Shown one piece after another: positions 12,400 to 26,284 of a stretch of DNA of 64,000 nt. Below the pieces are notes generated by a model, which did not search any database, was not told the DNA's origin, and saw only the letters and a list, made by a program, of their open reading frames with translations. This stretch comes from Geosiphon pyriformis uo1 (Eukaryota; Fungi; Glomeromycota), in the NCBI GenBank assembly GCA_016748015.1, contig JAAOMT010000319.1:1-64000 (forward strand), read 5' to 3'. Position numbers and translations under genes: made by a program. Positions within the stretch are counted from its first letter, which is position 1. Each line of letters begins with the position of its first letter.

Positions 12400-15300
12400 T
12401 TTTTATTTTATGAGTATAATCCAATTACTATCTAGTATATAGAAGCAAACCAAATAATTTTAATTAAATATAATTTTGTGCTAACTATATATAACTAACT
12501 ACTTAGACTAATTAAGACAATACTTACTTATATAAACTTTTATACTATTAAAAATATTAGAAAAAAACAAACAAGTCTTGTATAATTTAAAACTAATAGC
12601 AAATAACTTAATAATACTAAACAAATAAACAACTTTAATTAATAATAAATTAGACAATTTACAACAAATACTAAATACAAATTTTATATTACCAACTAAA
12701 TTACTTTTTTTCATATTTATCTTAAACTTTGACTTAAACAATTACAATTTACTATGATGTTTCTTAGCCAAATAATAAATAAAATTGACTACTATTAATA
12801 TAGTTTTCTTTTTATTACCAAAAATTAATACTGTTTTATTAGTTTAATTCTTAAAAACAAAGCTTTTACACAAAATTACATATATACCAATGTTTAAAAC
12901 TTAGATAAAAAAATATGTAATACCAAGAACAATAACAGAAAACAGGTCTCTATTAATGATTTTTATAAATTAATATAATTCTACAGAATTATAAAGCATA
13001 CAAAACTATTTTTTAGACAAGTAAAAACGTTATTAAGCAGTTTAATATTATCACACATCAAATATAAAACATTAAATAGCTCTTATTATAGAGTTTTTTT
13101 TTAATTACAATGAACAGTCTTCTATAGACTGTCTTTATAAAAAGGTACAGAAAGCAATTAACATTTTGTTAACAAACTTTAAAAGTATATGAAAGTTTAG
13201 ATTCCAAATTGCAACAGTACTAGTCCAATTTATGTCTTAAATTATTGATTTATTTTTAATTTTAGCATTTAAACTAGCTTATTATTCAACATAACAAACA
13301 GTTTAAAAAATATTTTAAACAAAGTAGTAAGTATTTTTTAATACAATCTAACTATTAGCAATAATAAATTTCTTATAAATTTTAACAGAAAAAACAAATT
13401 CAAAATGTGTTATATTATATATAAAAGCATTAATTTGTTTATTGCTATTTTTAATTTTTACTTACTTAATAGAAATATCTTAAGATTTTATTAATTTAGC
13501 TACATAATATTTTTTTACTTAATATTTGTTTTAAAAGTTAGACAAATAAAGTTTAAGTTCTGAAGCACATATATTTATGGTTGCTTAATTGTTTATATAT
13601 ACAATTACTAAGCTGAATAAAAAAACATATTTTAATACTAAAATAATTTTTTATAGTTTTAATATTATTAAAGATAACAATTCATGTACTTTAATGCTTA
13701 TATTTATTTTAATATTAAAAAAATAAGTTTCTGTTTTACTAACAACTCTTGCAGTACTAAATACTTTAATAAATTATCTGTGTAAATGCTTTTGTATATC
13801 CGAAAAGTTTTTTAAACAAAAAAAATCTAAGCAATTAAAGATAAATAAAATTTCATCAAAATTAGCAAAAGAACTATACATGTAAACTAAAGTTTTTTTA
13901 AAATACAATGATACTAAACTTTTAAAACTCAGTCTTTTCTAGTAACAAAAAGTTTCTAATTTATTACTAACTTATACTTATTTAACAACATGTTATTAAA
14001 AGCAATATCAAAGTATTTTAAAAAACAAATTACATTAAAATAAAAGTAATTTTTTAAAATTTTTAATATTAAAAAGTAATTAAAACCATAAAATATACTG
14101 AACAAATTATTGGCCAGAAAAATTTTGCTATTCAAAAAAATTTTTACAATACTTATTAAAAAGTTATTTATAAGATTAATTCTTAATCTAATAAAATATC
14201 ACAGTAAATTTATAGGCACTTATTTTTAAACTTATAAATCTAGTAAACAATGTTCAAACAACTGCTCAAAAATTTTAGTTGTATTAAAAAATTCAACCAA
14301 AAAAGCTACTTTGTTTTTTACTTATATTTGCTTAAAGATTTTTAATCTATAAAAAAATAGATAATACAAAGTTTTATTAAAAAAATCTCTTAACAGATTG
14401 ATCTTAAACTTAAACTCTTTTTTTAGTATAATATTCTATTTTTAATATACACTTTTAAATATAAAATTAAACTGTATTTAATAATTAATTATTCACTATA
14501 AAATTACTAAAACCAGATAGAAAAATTGTTTATTTAACAATATCTTCTTAAGAATTAAAATAAAAAAAATCTAATATCTGAATATGTTGTTACGGAATGG
14601 TTTTCTTGTTATATTTAATTGCTGATATCCCACTTTAATTGCAATCAGTCTTTCGTGAGTTCCTCAATTCTATTTGTGTGATAATATCACTGTTACACTA
14701 AAGGCTTTCTTTTTACTGTTGTGATGTAAGTTATTCTTTAATTCTTGATTGTTGTATGTGTTTATGTATTCCTTCTCAGAGGCTGAACTGAAATCTACCC
14801 ATTGTCTGGGGTTTTTTTTGAGGCTATCCTTGCAATTGTCTGATGTGTTTCTCTAATCTAGAAACACAGAATGTTAATGGTCTTTAGTGCTTTTCTAATT
14901 CTCACAATAAAGCTTTTATCAATTAGTAACAACATGAATAATCTTGATCAAGGATTATTCTTCCAAAGGATTCAGTTGATGAATGATAGTTTCATTCAAT
15001 AAATAATACAAGTAAGTTTCTTAATACTTTGGGTTGTGATAGTTCCGTTTTAAATATTTTTTTTCATTTCTTTTTGATTTTTAAAGGTTTTTTGGGATAT
15101 TTAATTTGAAAGTATGATTTAAAGTGGAGTTTGTTGAATAAAATTGGATCTGTTGCTTGATAAGTTATGATTTTTATTACTTAATTAATTATTTCCCAAT
15201 ATTAAAACTACTGTATATATACATGTTTGTAGTTCTACGAGAAAACACATTGTAATACTTTTTTTTTGATATTTCAACCTGGTGTTTGCTGCTATCACCA

Positions 15301-17700
15301 GTTGGTGTTGGCTGCTATTGTGAACTGGTGCTTGCCACTATTGCGAGATGGTGTTTGCTACTATGTTAATCATTACCTTTCTAAGATCATTACTGTGCTA
15401 TATTATGATTGAATAGTTTGTATTATTTTTATGATTCTTTTTGCTAAATTCTTAAACCGTAACAATGTCTTAACAAAAATAAACTTAAACATACTCTCTA
15501 TTAACAAAAAAATTTTCAAGTATTTATAAAATTTATTGTATTTAATTATAGAAATTAACTGACTGCTAATACATAAAAAAATATTTACAACTTTTTAATT
15601 AATAAGAACTATTATAGTTTTGTTATTGTTAATAAAAATGTTATTTAACTTAAAAAATTTACTAAAAATATCTAAAATATATTGTGTTGAAATTTGGTTA
15701 TTTTATATTCAAATCATATTATTAACAAATACATTAGCTGCAAAAAAATATTTATTTTTACTAATTTCTATTTTGTCTGTTTTTGTTATAATATTTGTGT
15801 TAATTTTATATTTACAAAAATATTTATGCTTTTTAACCTTATATAATAAGGAATCATAAAAAAGTTTCCAAAGAAGTAATGAGAATATTTTATCTTAATT
15901 AAATTTATTTTGTATTCTAAAATCATTTAAAAAGCCAAAATTAGTTATTATTTTGTTAATTCTATTCTTGTATATATTTTTAAAAAACCTAATAAACTTA
16001 TTAAACATCTTAATATGTCTTAAACTAGTTTTTAAATAATGTTATCTAACTAAATTATATGCTTTACACATATTTTACAGAACCAGTTAAAGCTTTTGGT
16101 CTTTTTTTAATGTATTTTTTATTATTAAATTAAAATATTCTTTAAAACTGAGAAATTGTTGTTCCAAAAAACATTATACTTATTACAAACAGATAAAATA
16201 CAATCTAACAGAATCTTAAACAAAATTTTTTTAATTATTTCTATTAGTACAATAAGTCTTGTTAAAATACTGTCTTAATTATAAAATTTAAAGATCATTA
16301 AGACTTATGCTCTTTTCCAAAAAATTAAAACATTACTAAAAGTCGACAAAAATTCAACAAATTTAAAAAACATCTCATTATTCTATTATTACAATATTTC
16401 TAAAGTTTATTTAATATATCAACTTTAAATTTTACTTTATTTAGCTTCAAAACCAATTTTTTTTCAATTACCAAATAATTCAAAACACTTTTTATTATAC
16501 TTCTTTTATTAAAGCAAAAATACTCTATTTATTTCTTAATTACTTTTTTAATAAACACACTTTTTGTTATTTCTGATTTATAATACTTGGGATTTTTAAT
16601 AACTTTTTTTGACTTTTAACAAATGTTTAATTATTATTGTAAACTTTATGTCATTAAAAATTATATTGTTAATCTTAAAAGCTTAGTACTATTAATAATT
16701 AACTATACTTTAATAAAGTAATTAAATTTAAACCTATTATTTGAACTCAGATTTTTTACCATCTTAGCTATTAATAATTTCAACTTAAAAAATCTTAACA
16801 ATTGCCTATTTTTTAAGCAATCAAATTTATTAAACCAATATTTAAAAAAAATTTTATTTGCTAAATTTACTATTACTATTCTTAATATTTTTTATATTGT
16901 ATCTAAATTTTTAAAATTTTATGTATTTATAAATTTGTTAAGCTTTGTCAATATTTTAACAAAAACACAATTTTTAAAACATGTTTATTTGGGCTTATCC
17001 ACATCCTTAATCTTCAATTTTCAATAATTTCTATTAGCTTGTTTGTGAATATTATTCAAACAAGTATCTAAAAAATTTCTTAATCTAACTAAGATCATAA
17101 TCATCTTGTAATTAGTATTAAAAAAATCAAACATAGAACCAACTTTACAATTCACAATTACTAATGTTAAATATTCATTCATGAAAATGTAGTCAATAAT
17201 TTTCTTGACTTCTTTTAAGTTGCTTTAAGTAAAAGTTTTAATTAATAAATGTTCACTCAACAATTTAATCAAACTAATACTTAAATACTTTTTGAGACTT
17301 GCACTTTTCTTAGAACTATTTTCATTGAAGTTATTACTCAGAATTACAAAAAACCAGAAATAACAGTTTTCAAAATAACAGAGTTAACATTAAAAGTCTG
17401 ACCAAACTGTGTATTAGAAGATGTATTAGCATACAAACCCAAAATCATAACTGAAAGTTTACTCTTAAATAATAAATAAATTAAAATAACTTAACCGAAA
17501 ACCTCTTTGATCTTCAAAACATATCAATTTAAGAAGAGTTTATAATAACAGTCACTTCAACACCAAGAAAACTTTCATTCAAACTTAATGTAAAGATCCA
17601 GACATCATCAAACTTATTTTTAATCTATGATCTAATACTAGACCATGTAAATTTACACTATAATACATTTAATATTGATAAATTTGTCTTTATTGATTAA
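12400..17700 (-). mobile_element. Highly degenerate LINE (same family as 901-7813): ORF2 plus 3' UTR, 5'-truncated
   Basis: Reverse complement of 12406-12535 matches the first LINE's 3' UTR (CTATATACTAGATAGTAATTGGATTATACTCATAAAA vs CTATATACTAGACAGCAGTTGGATTTTATTCATAAAA). Minus-strand translation gives SNLKEVKKIIDYIF at ~17180-17225 and IKNKFDDVWIFTLSLNESFLG at ~17560-17620, both endonuclease segments. Confidence 0.82.
14588..15464. mobile_element. Solo LTR (Ty3/gypsy-type) or small TG..CA element nested in the degenerate LINE
   Basis: Ends are TGTTACGG and CCGTAACA (8-bp inverted termini, TG...CA). 4-bp TSD ATGT at 14584-14587 and 15465-15468. 877 bp long, less AT-drifted than the host LINE, no long ORF. 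Confidence 0.8.
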
Positions 17701-18757
17701 CATTTTTTGCAATTTGTAATTAGCAATTTTGAAATACTACCATGTTTAAAATAAAAACAATTGATTTAAAACCATCTCACTTTTAAGCTTTTACAAATAA
17801 ACCATTTTTTGTGCCAAATTCAATTTAAAATTTTACCTTGAAAAATATTTTATTACAGTTTAAATCATGTAGATTTACCATAACAACCATTCCAGTTTCA
17901 AGAGCAATATAATTTGGGTTTATTGCCTCGTCCTTGGATGGAAATAAAAATACCAGGTTCGAGATTTGGTGAAAATTTAATAACTGTTATGATGTGCAGT
18001 TTGCAGAAACAAATAAACGTACAAAAGACAAAACATTAGACTAAAAATCAGAGTAAATTTTCATGACATGATCTATTTCACATACCAATAAGGATTCAAT
18101 TTTTAATAACGTATATAATTGAAACTCTCATGATTAACGATTATTCTCAACAACTGATCAAAGCTTCTTTCCCATCTCACACTATCATCATTTTTTACGG
18201 ATAATATCAAAGTTTAGTTTTTCATTGAGACAAAAGCATGTGAAGAGATGTTTTTTTTGCTAATACAAAGTTAAACGTTTTTCCCAAATGATGTGTAAAA
18301 ATTTCCAATTTCTGTATCGTATTGGGAAATATTTTGATTGGTAAAAACCAATTGAAAATCTAATCAAAAAAATTAGGTTTGTGAAATAACACAACCGACC
18401 ATTTAATTGCTTTTTCCTATCAAAATTCAATTTTTTTTTGCGGCAAAATATATTAATTTAAAATAGAAATAGAAATTATATTGAAAATTTTTCTTAATTT
18501 ATGACTTTCCTCTTTAGTCTAACAAATTTTTGGCCGAATTCAGAATCGTAAAAATTAAACAGATTTCTCCTAAATTGAAAAGAAGATTAAAGCTTTTAAA
18601 TTGCTACATTATTGATTTTCATCTATCTATTTAGTAAAATGTAATAAGCAATAAAAAATGAGTTTTGCTTATAAAAATCTTGTAATAATGAAAGGATTAA
18701 ATATTGATGTGGTACACTTTTGCCCTCGCTTCATGATTTCCAAATGGGTATATCTCG

Positions 18758-18788
<31 letters not shown>

Positions 18789-20063
18789 TTACTATTCGCG
18801 AGTTCCTTAATATGCATACATGATTGATCTCAAGGACAAAAGCAAGAATGAAATTAATTTGTTTAGTTTCATATTCAATTCCGTGTTGGTAAATCAATCA
18901 TGAGCTTTCTAATTACATGACCAAAGAGCCCCCCCCCCCCCCCCCTAAACGCCAATACATGTATTAGGGATGATCTTTTTGTATCACAATTTTAGAAAAA
19001 GTTAAATTAAAATTCAAAAGAAACTTTAAAACTCATTTCTTTATCTGAAAGAAATCTTGACTTAATAAGTATACCCGAAAAAACTAGTTTTATCAAGTTT
19101 GATAACCTGAATTTGCTACTTTTATTTAATGTGATGAATATTTCAATATAATCTTATTTAATTTCTATTTCTATTTCTATTTCTATTTCTCTATGTAAAC
19201 TGATGTCTTATTAGTGTAAGCTTTAACAAAATATTTAAAATTTAAAAAATCTCAGAATATCAAAAAAAAACGTTCATTTTTTTTCCTTGTTTGCTTAATA
19301 AAGTCCTTAAGCGGGATACAATTTTAATTAAAAATTTATTTTTATCATGTGCAAAGAGTTAATTAAAGCAATAATGTGATAGTTTTTCTTGCTAGAATTT
19401 TTGACTTGCTTTTGAGTCTTTATGAAATTATTCACAAAATTTTACCCTCTTTACACAAGGATGTCTACCTTTTACTTGAGTAATTAAAATTGATGTTGAA
19501 CGCCCGTTCTCCAAATTGTTGTCGACTAAAAAACAGAATGTAAAATTAGAAAACAAAAAAAAATTACTTCTAAAACACAAACCTAATTTTTTTGAAAAAA
19601 TTTATTGAATTATGATATATATAAATAAATAATTTAAAATTTAAATCTAAATTTATAAATTCTTTTAAACATGGAGAAGCTGTCTCTTAAACTTAATTGG
19701 TTGGGAAAGGGATCAAATTAAAAATTCTTTTATGAAATCAGAATTGAGTTAGTTATTCCGAAACTTTTATTAAATATTTATGGAGTTTTATAACATGTTT
19801 ATTTTTTTTGCTATCTATTATAAAAATCAGTTCACTGATGGATAATCGAGATAACGAGATTAAAAGGTAAAGAGATGAAGTATCTCAGTTCTTAATTATT
19901 AAACAAATTTGATTGGAATCGCATTTTTAACACTTTTTTGATTCTCGGTTTTTGATATCGTCCGAATTAGAAATTGGTAAGTAGTTTTTGTTGAAAACTT
20001 TAATGAACATGAACTTTGAAATTGAGAGTCTAGAATAATATCACGTTTAACTCTTTGCAATGA

Positions 20064-20121
<58 letters not shown>

Positions 20122-20160
20122 TAATAATAATGTAATAATAAAATAATAATAATGTAATAA
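20064..20160. repeat. (AAT)n microsatellite
   Basis: Long AAT run with imperfect continuation. Confidence 0.9.
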
Positions 20161-21759
20161 TTTTTGAAAAATGAGCTTTAATTCCACATACAAACAATTT
20201 AATATTCTGTAAAAATGTTGCAGGACCAAGAATTAAAAAAAATTCAATTTTTTAGAAAATGTACAACAAAGGATCAATAATTATCTGTATTACAATTATA
20301 ACATTCAAAACTCAAGATAGGTTATTATCAAAAAAATAATAGTCTTATTGATTTGAAGAGTTCAAAAATTTTTAATCATGAATTTAAAAAAACAAAGATA
20401 CAAATTTAACTAAGCTTTTCTTCACGGTAAAAAATAATTTAATACAATTCATTAGAAATTTGATTTAAAAAGTTACAATACTTTTTAGTATGTGTGGAAG
20501 GTGACTAATAAAACGATACAAAATATTCTCTTATATATCAAAATACTTGAACTGATGATACTCGCATCAAAACCTTTTCATAATTTTATGTTTGGTGACC
20601 AATTAAAGGCAATATCATAAAATCTAGAAAATTCTAGACCACATAAAGTATCCTCATCTCTCAAATTGGAAACCCCCCCCCCCCAAGATTGTTTATAGAA
20701 ATTTTTATAGTAAAAGAAATGGTTAATGACTAGTTACGCATAATTCATCTTTAAATAAATTTTATTTGACAGTTTCAAAGAAAGAAAAATATTAATGCAC
20801 AATGACAACTTGACAACCAATGTTTTCAATTCGAAATTCCAACTTTCAATGCTATTAAAAGCTCTAGAACTTTGTTGAAAAAATAAATACAGTTAAACTT
20901 TTCCGAAATGGATATATAATTGGCATTATTATCATTGTCAATGAGTCAAATGCATATTGATTAATTCGCTAACCGAATTTAAAAGCGGGTCAATCTCGTT
21001 ATTATAATACCCCCGATTGTATCTTAGTAAGATGTTGCAAAAAAACCTCACAGATTTTCAGTGTCACACGAGAATCTAAACGTCTTTAATGTGCTCTAAA
21101 GATCGACGTTAAGATTTACGCGAGATTAATATATGAACCTATTATATGCGTGATAAGAAGTTACTCTAATCTAATATGATTACCTTTGCATGATATCACA
21201 CACTCTATTAATAATACGTTGCCATGTAAGGCAACAAGGTTGCTATCTTGACCTTTTCAAAAAAACAAAAACAAATATAGGATGTCGCTCCGGAATTGGT
21301 TCAGACTAATCAACTCTTTTGGCGACCGAGGAAGCACCAACTGTCCCTGCATTATCAAATAGGAGAAAAAAAGAATTTTAAAACTTTGTTCTTTGGCATT
21401 CAATTTTTTATTCCTCTCATGTAATAATAATCATAATATATTATTATTATTACAATTGATATCAAGTTTATATAAAACCTGGACGATATTCAATTATCTA
21501 AATAATATTTGTCAATATTACCTTTTTTTACCTCTCTTTAAAAAGGGTCCACCCTTATCTAATGCCAAAATTACTTATGGGAATGATAATCCCTAAAGAG
21601 GTTTTTATCGAACTAGTCCTTTTAACAACTCAAACCAAGTCTTTCATTTATTCTTTTCTTGTGTCCTTTTTTGGTCTTTGTATTTGAACTTTTTTTTTAA
21701 TCATCGGTTCATCCCATTTATTTTTTCCATTTTTGAAAATAATAACTAATCATAATAGT

Positions 21760-21761
<2 letters not shown>

Positions 21762-21803
<42 letters not shown>
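21762..21803. repeat. (CAT)n microsatellite in the probable 5' UTR of the methyltransferase
   Basis: About 14 ATC/CAT units ending ~30 nt before the ATG at 21831. It explains the poly-His ORF in the track. Confidence 0.9.
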
Positions 21804-21804
<1 letters not shown>

Positions 21805-21830
21805 AATAATAACAATAATATTATTAATCA

Positions 21831-23232
21831 ATGGGAAACTGCTTCAAGAGACCATCATCTTCATCGTCAGCGTCATCTCCATCACCATCCCCATCACCAT
21901 CACAACACACTGAACTATCAGCTACAACTTCACATACTCATCTAAATTCATCTTCATTTTCAAATTTAATGACTGATTCAATATTTTCAAAATTTTATGA
22001 TTCAATTAAAACACCAACCACCTCAACCACACCTAAAAATACGAATTGCAATCATTCTCCTGATATTTGTGAGCATTCTTTTATCATTAATGGCCCAAGT
22101 GCTTGTTCTAATTTCCCCTCCTCAAAATATACACATCAACAAATGATTCCATTGGGAAAAATACAAGAGGGAAAGTTTCTAAATGATGACGATAGGTTTG
22201 AAAAACAACATGCTTTTTATCATTATACGTGGCAAGCAAATTTTTTGGCTCCAGTTCATGATCAGTTGAGATTAAGTAACTCTAGAGTATTAGATATAGG
22301 GTAAGAAATAGCAAGTTGAAATTGGGATTTATAATGGAACCTGAAAAAATATTTTACAAAGCTAAAAAGCTAACAATTTAATTTCTATTATGATTTTTTT
22401 TTCATGATTCTTCTTCACATTAGATGCTCAACGGGAGAATGGGTACTTGACGTTGCCCGAAAATTTCCATGGACAAACGTATGGGGCATCGATTCTTCAT
22501 CCGTATTTCCAAACTCCACACCACTGAATGCCACATTTTTACATTGGAATATACTCGACGGATTACCCATTGTTGAAAACATTTTTAATCTCGTACATGC
22601 CCGTTGTTTATCCTCTTCTTTTACAGAAACTGAATGGGAAAAGCAAGTAATCAAAGAGATGGTACGAGTTACGAAACCTGGAGGCTGGATTAGTTTAATG
22701 GAGGTTGATGGAGTGTACCTCAATGAAGGTCCGGTTACGGCGAAATTGACGGGTGGAAGTGAGTTTGATAATTTGTGACTCTATATCATCCCATTATTGA
22801 TTGATTGATTAAATAAATAAATTTAAAATGCTAATCATTTCGAAATTTCATTCATCATCATCCACAGTGCGATCATTATTACTTGAAAAACAAATAATTC
22901 CGGTGATCCTCCCGTTACAACAGCGACTTTTAAAATCATTCCCACAACTCACCGATATCCAAACATATGAGAAATTTCCACCATTAGGAAGTAGAGCAGG
23001 TCGAGCTGGGGTGATCGCATCCAATGAATTTGAAAAAACATTTTATGATTTATCCAAAGATTTAGCGACGTTTTTGAAAATAACAGAAGAGGAATACCAA
23101 TTGCTGGTGAAAAAAAGTTTAAAAGAGTTTAACGAGTATAAAACTTGCGCCAGGCATACAAGAATTTTGGCAAGAAAAAAGCAAATGGATGTAAATATTG
23201 AAGGTGATGACAAAGGTTGCAGCAGAATTTGA
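21831..23232 (+). CDS. Class I SAM-dependent methyltransferase (fungal LaeA-like/Methyltransf_25 type) with N-terminal MGNC motif
   Basis: Exons 21831-22300, 22424-22758 and 22868-23232 join in frame across GT-AG introns. Motifs WQANFLAPV, VLDIGCSTGEW, GIDSS, NILDGLP, FNLVHAR, RVTKPGGWI. Confidence 0.9.
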
Positions 23233-25084
23233 ATTTTATTAGACAAGTGTGAATTAGATTTTGAAAAATAAACAAATATTTACATGATGATCACCCAAAG
23301 AAATTCTTCAATTGTGGTGCAACCAAATTCTCATTCTAGAAATACGTTGAAAATCGACTGTTTTTCTTTTCAAAAGATTTGTCAAAAATTTTAATGGTGA
23401 TAAAATTGATTCTAAATATCTTTCATTTAATCCTATATATTTAAACCTGTATTAATGTTAATCTTTCCTAAATCTAAAATTATCTTTAAATGTACTTTAA
23501 ACCATTTAACAGATCTTTAATTTTCTAAAAAGATTTCCAATTTTATCTCAGTAAATTCGAATTCATTTCATTCCCTGATGATGAATCAAATAAAAATAAT
23601 CAGCTTTTTGAAAAATCAAAGCGTACAACATCTGATAAAATTTGGTTAAATTTCCGCACTGTTCAGTACACTGGGTACCAGGTATATTATGAGGACCTCC
23701 TGTTTAAGTGTTTTTAATTTAGAAATGGTTTGCTAACGAAAATACTAAAAAACGTAGAATTTTTTGTTAACATTGTAGTATACACACAAACGAATGTTGT
23801 GCAATTTGGGTCATTTGACTCATGAATTAAGAAATTTGTCTGTGTGCATAAATATTAGGGTTATTTTTCAATTACACGAGATTTTACTAATGGAGTATCA
23901 ATTTACGATATTTTTTTTTTTTTTGAATTTGTGGCAAAGATTATATCAAAGTGTTACTTACTACAACAGCTTATGTCATCAAAAGAATTAGTGATAATCT
24001 AAACATATACTGAGATTGCATCCCCTTTTTTTAAATGAAAAAAATTTAGTCAGCAGATTTAATGTAATTTTGTGAACTTGAAAATTTGCAAATTTCCCCG
24101 AGTTTCCACCACAAATAACATCATTTCAAAGATTTGAAAAACATACGATCTTGTATACATCTTGAAATTCGTAATCAAATAAAATTTTCACTTAATTAAC
24201 ACAAAAATATAAATGTATAAAGTTTCTTAGCCTTTTAGTTCAATTACAAAATTTACCGAAACAGGTCTAGATCCTGATTTTTGAAAATAAAGTAATGGCT
24301 TCCACTCACTCTCACGTTTGAGAACGAAAAATTAAAAATTCCTCACACTTTTATGCTATCATATTTGTAATATTAAAATACATAAATGATAATTAATCCC
24401 AATCAAACGCTTTCTCAAACGATTTCTCAAATAATTGTAAAGGCTTATGTCGTGCAACCAGCGAAATTCCTGTGACCGTGCGTCAATCAAATGAAAAAAT
24501 GGAAATCCTCTCAAATAGAATCGATGACATTTAACACACACACAGAAAGTCTAATGTCACTCAACAGCGCCAAAAATTCAAAATCAAAAATAAATTTGAT
24601 TCCAGAAAATTAATCGTCAATTTTCAAATCAAGGATTCGAAGCCTCAATTTTACTTATGTGAATGTTCATAGGTTTTACTATTTTTCGAGCATTTCGGAA
24701 AAAAAAATGAAAATCACCTTTGATAAAAGTCATACAAAATAACTACTCTTATGCATAGTAAAGCAGGGAAAATTGAAAATCTTTTCCAAATTAACCTAAT
24801 TGTGAAAGTTAGCTGTTTTATAAAATGGAAAATCTTGATTTTTTTAACCCTTATCGAAGGTTGAATGACCTCTGTTTTTTAAATCTCCTTTACTTTATTC
24901 TTCTCGTGAAGTTATTTAATATTAAGCTTCAATGTAAAAAGACAAGATTTTCAATAAATATTCATTTCAAATTAGAAATACAATCTCTAAAGCTTTCTTA
25001 TCCCTTCCTCACTTCTCCCTGCCTGCCTATCTACGACATTCCTTTTAGGGGACTCTCATTACCCGCAAAACTTTCTTTTTTAGA

Positions 25085-26284
25085 ATGGGAACATGTCTAA
25101 CCAAGAATGATGACCTAAACTCTGAGCCCCGTTCAATTGATAACTTGATGGCATTATCATCTTCTTCACTGGTGACACCATACAAAAATGGTCCAGAAGT
25201 CGCGATGTCTCGTTCCCAAAGTATCATTGAACATTCGTTTATTCTCAATGGCTCAAACTTGTATCATCAAAAAATCCAAAATGAAATCACGAATTTCGGT
25301 ATAAAAATAAAAAAAGAGAGATTTGAAAAGCAAAATGCTTGGTTACAATATATCTGGCAAGCGAATTTCCTGGCTCCAGTTGAAGATCAGTTAATGTATG
25401 GCAGCGCTAGAGTTTTGGATTTGGGGTAAATAATTTTAAAATAATAAATTCCCAAATTGGGTTGAAACAAAACTTTTTAATATTTGGGTTTAAATCGTTA
25501 GATCTTAAAATAAGATTTAGATTTAAATTCTCACATATCTTTATTTGAAGTTGTATCACTGGAGAATGGGTATTAGAAGTTGCCAAATCCTACCCTTGGG
25601 CAAATGTGTATGGCATTGATACAGCGCCAGTATTTCCTTCCGTTTCCCCCTTAAACGCTACCTTTCTACAATACAATATCCTTGAAGGGCTGCCGATTGC
25701 CATCAATACATTTAACCTTGTACACGCACGATGCTTAACGTTCACATATAGCCAAAAGGATTGGAAACGAAAAGTGATGAAGGAAATTATAAGAATTACT
25801 AAATCTGGTGGTTGGATCAGTTTGATGGAAATCGAGATAAAATATCAGAATGAAGGACCGGTGACGACACGATTGACTGATGCAAGTGAGTAATCAAAAT
25901 TGATCAATTAAACCTTTATTAAATTAAATATTTCTGTAATAATTCATCAAATCTAAAAATTGATCAGCACGAGAAGTCTTAAGGCAAAAAGGTTTCTCAT
26001 CAACAATATCCACGCTACAAGAATATCTACTCCGTGAATGTGACTTACTAGAAGATATTCAAACCCACGAAAGATTTCCATCAGTTGGGAGTTGGGCAGG
26101 AAGAGCAGGGATTATTGCCGCGCATGAATTTGTACAAACAATGCGAATATTACAATCAGATTTATCGTTTTTTTTAGGGATTAACTCAGACGAGTTTAGC
26201 TCAATGCTTCAGATCTGTTTAAAAGAGTTTACCGAGTTTAAAACTACTGGAAGGGTTGTTAAGGTCCTTGCCAGAAAGAAATGA
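25085..26284 (+). CDS. Tandem paralogous SAM-dependent methyltransferase with N-terminal MGTC motif
   Basis: Exons 25085-25425, 25551-25885 and 25968-26284, with the same intron positions and phases as the upstream paralog. Motifs VLDLGCITGEW, GIDTA, RITKSGGWI, GSWAGRAG; ends ARKK*. Confidence 0.9.

Noticed and set aside
20047-21945. Poly-Tyr (20047-20229) and poly-His (21733-21945) ORFs
   Set aside because: These are translations of the AAT and CAT microsatellites.
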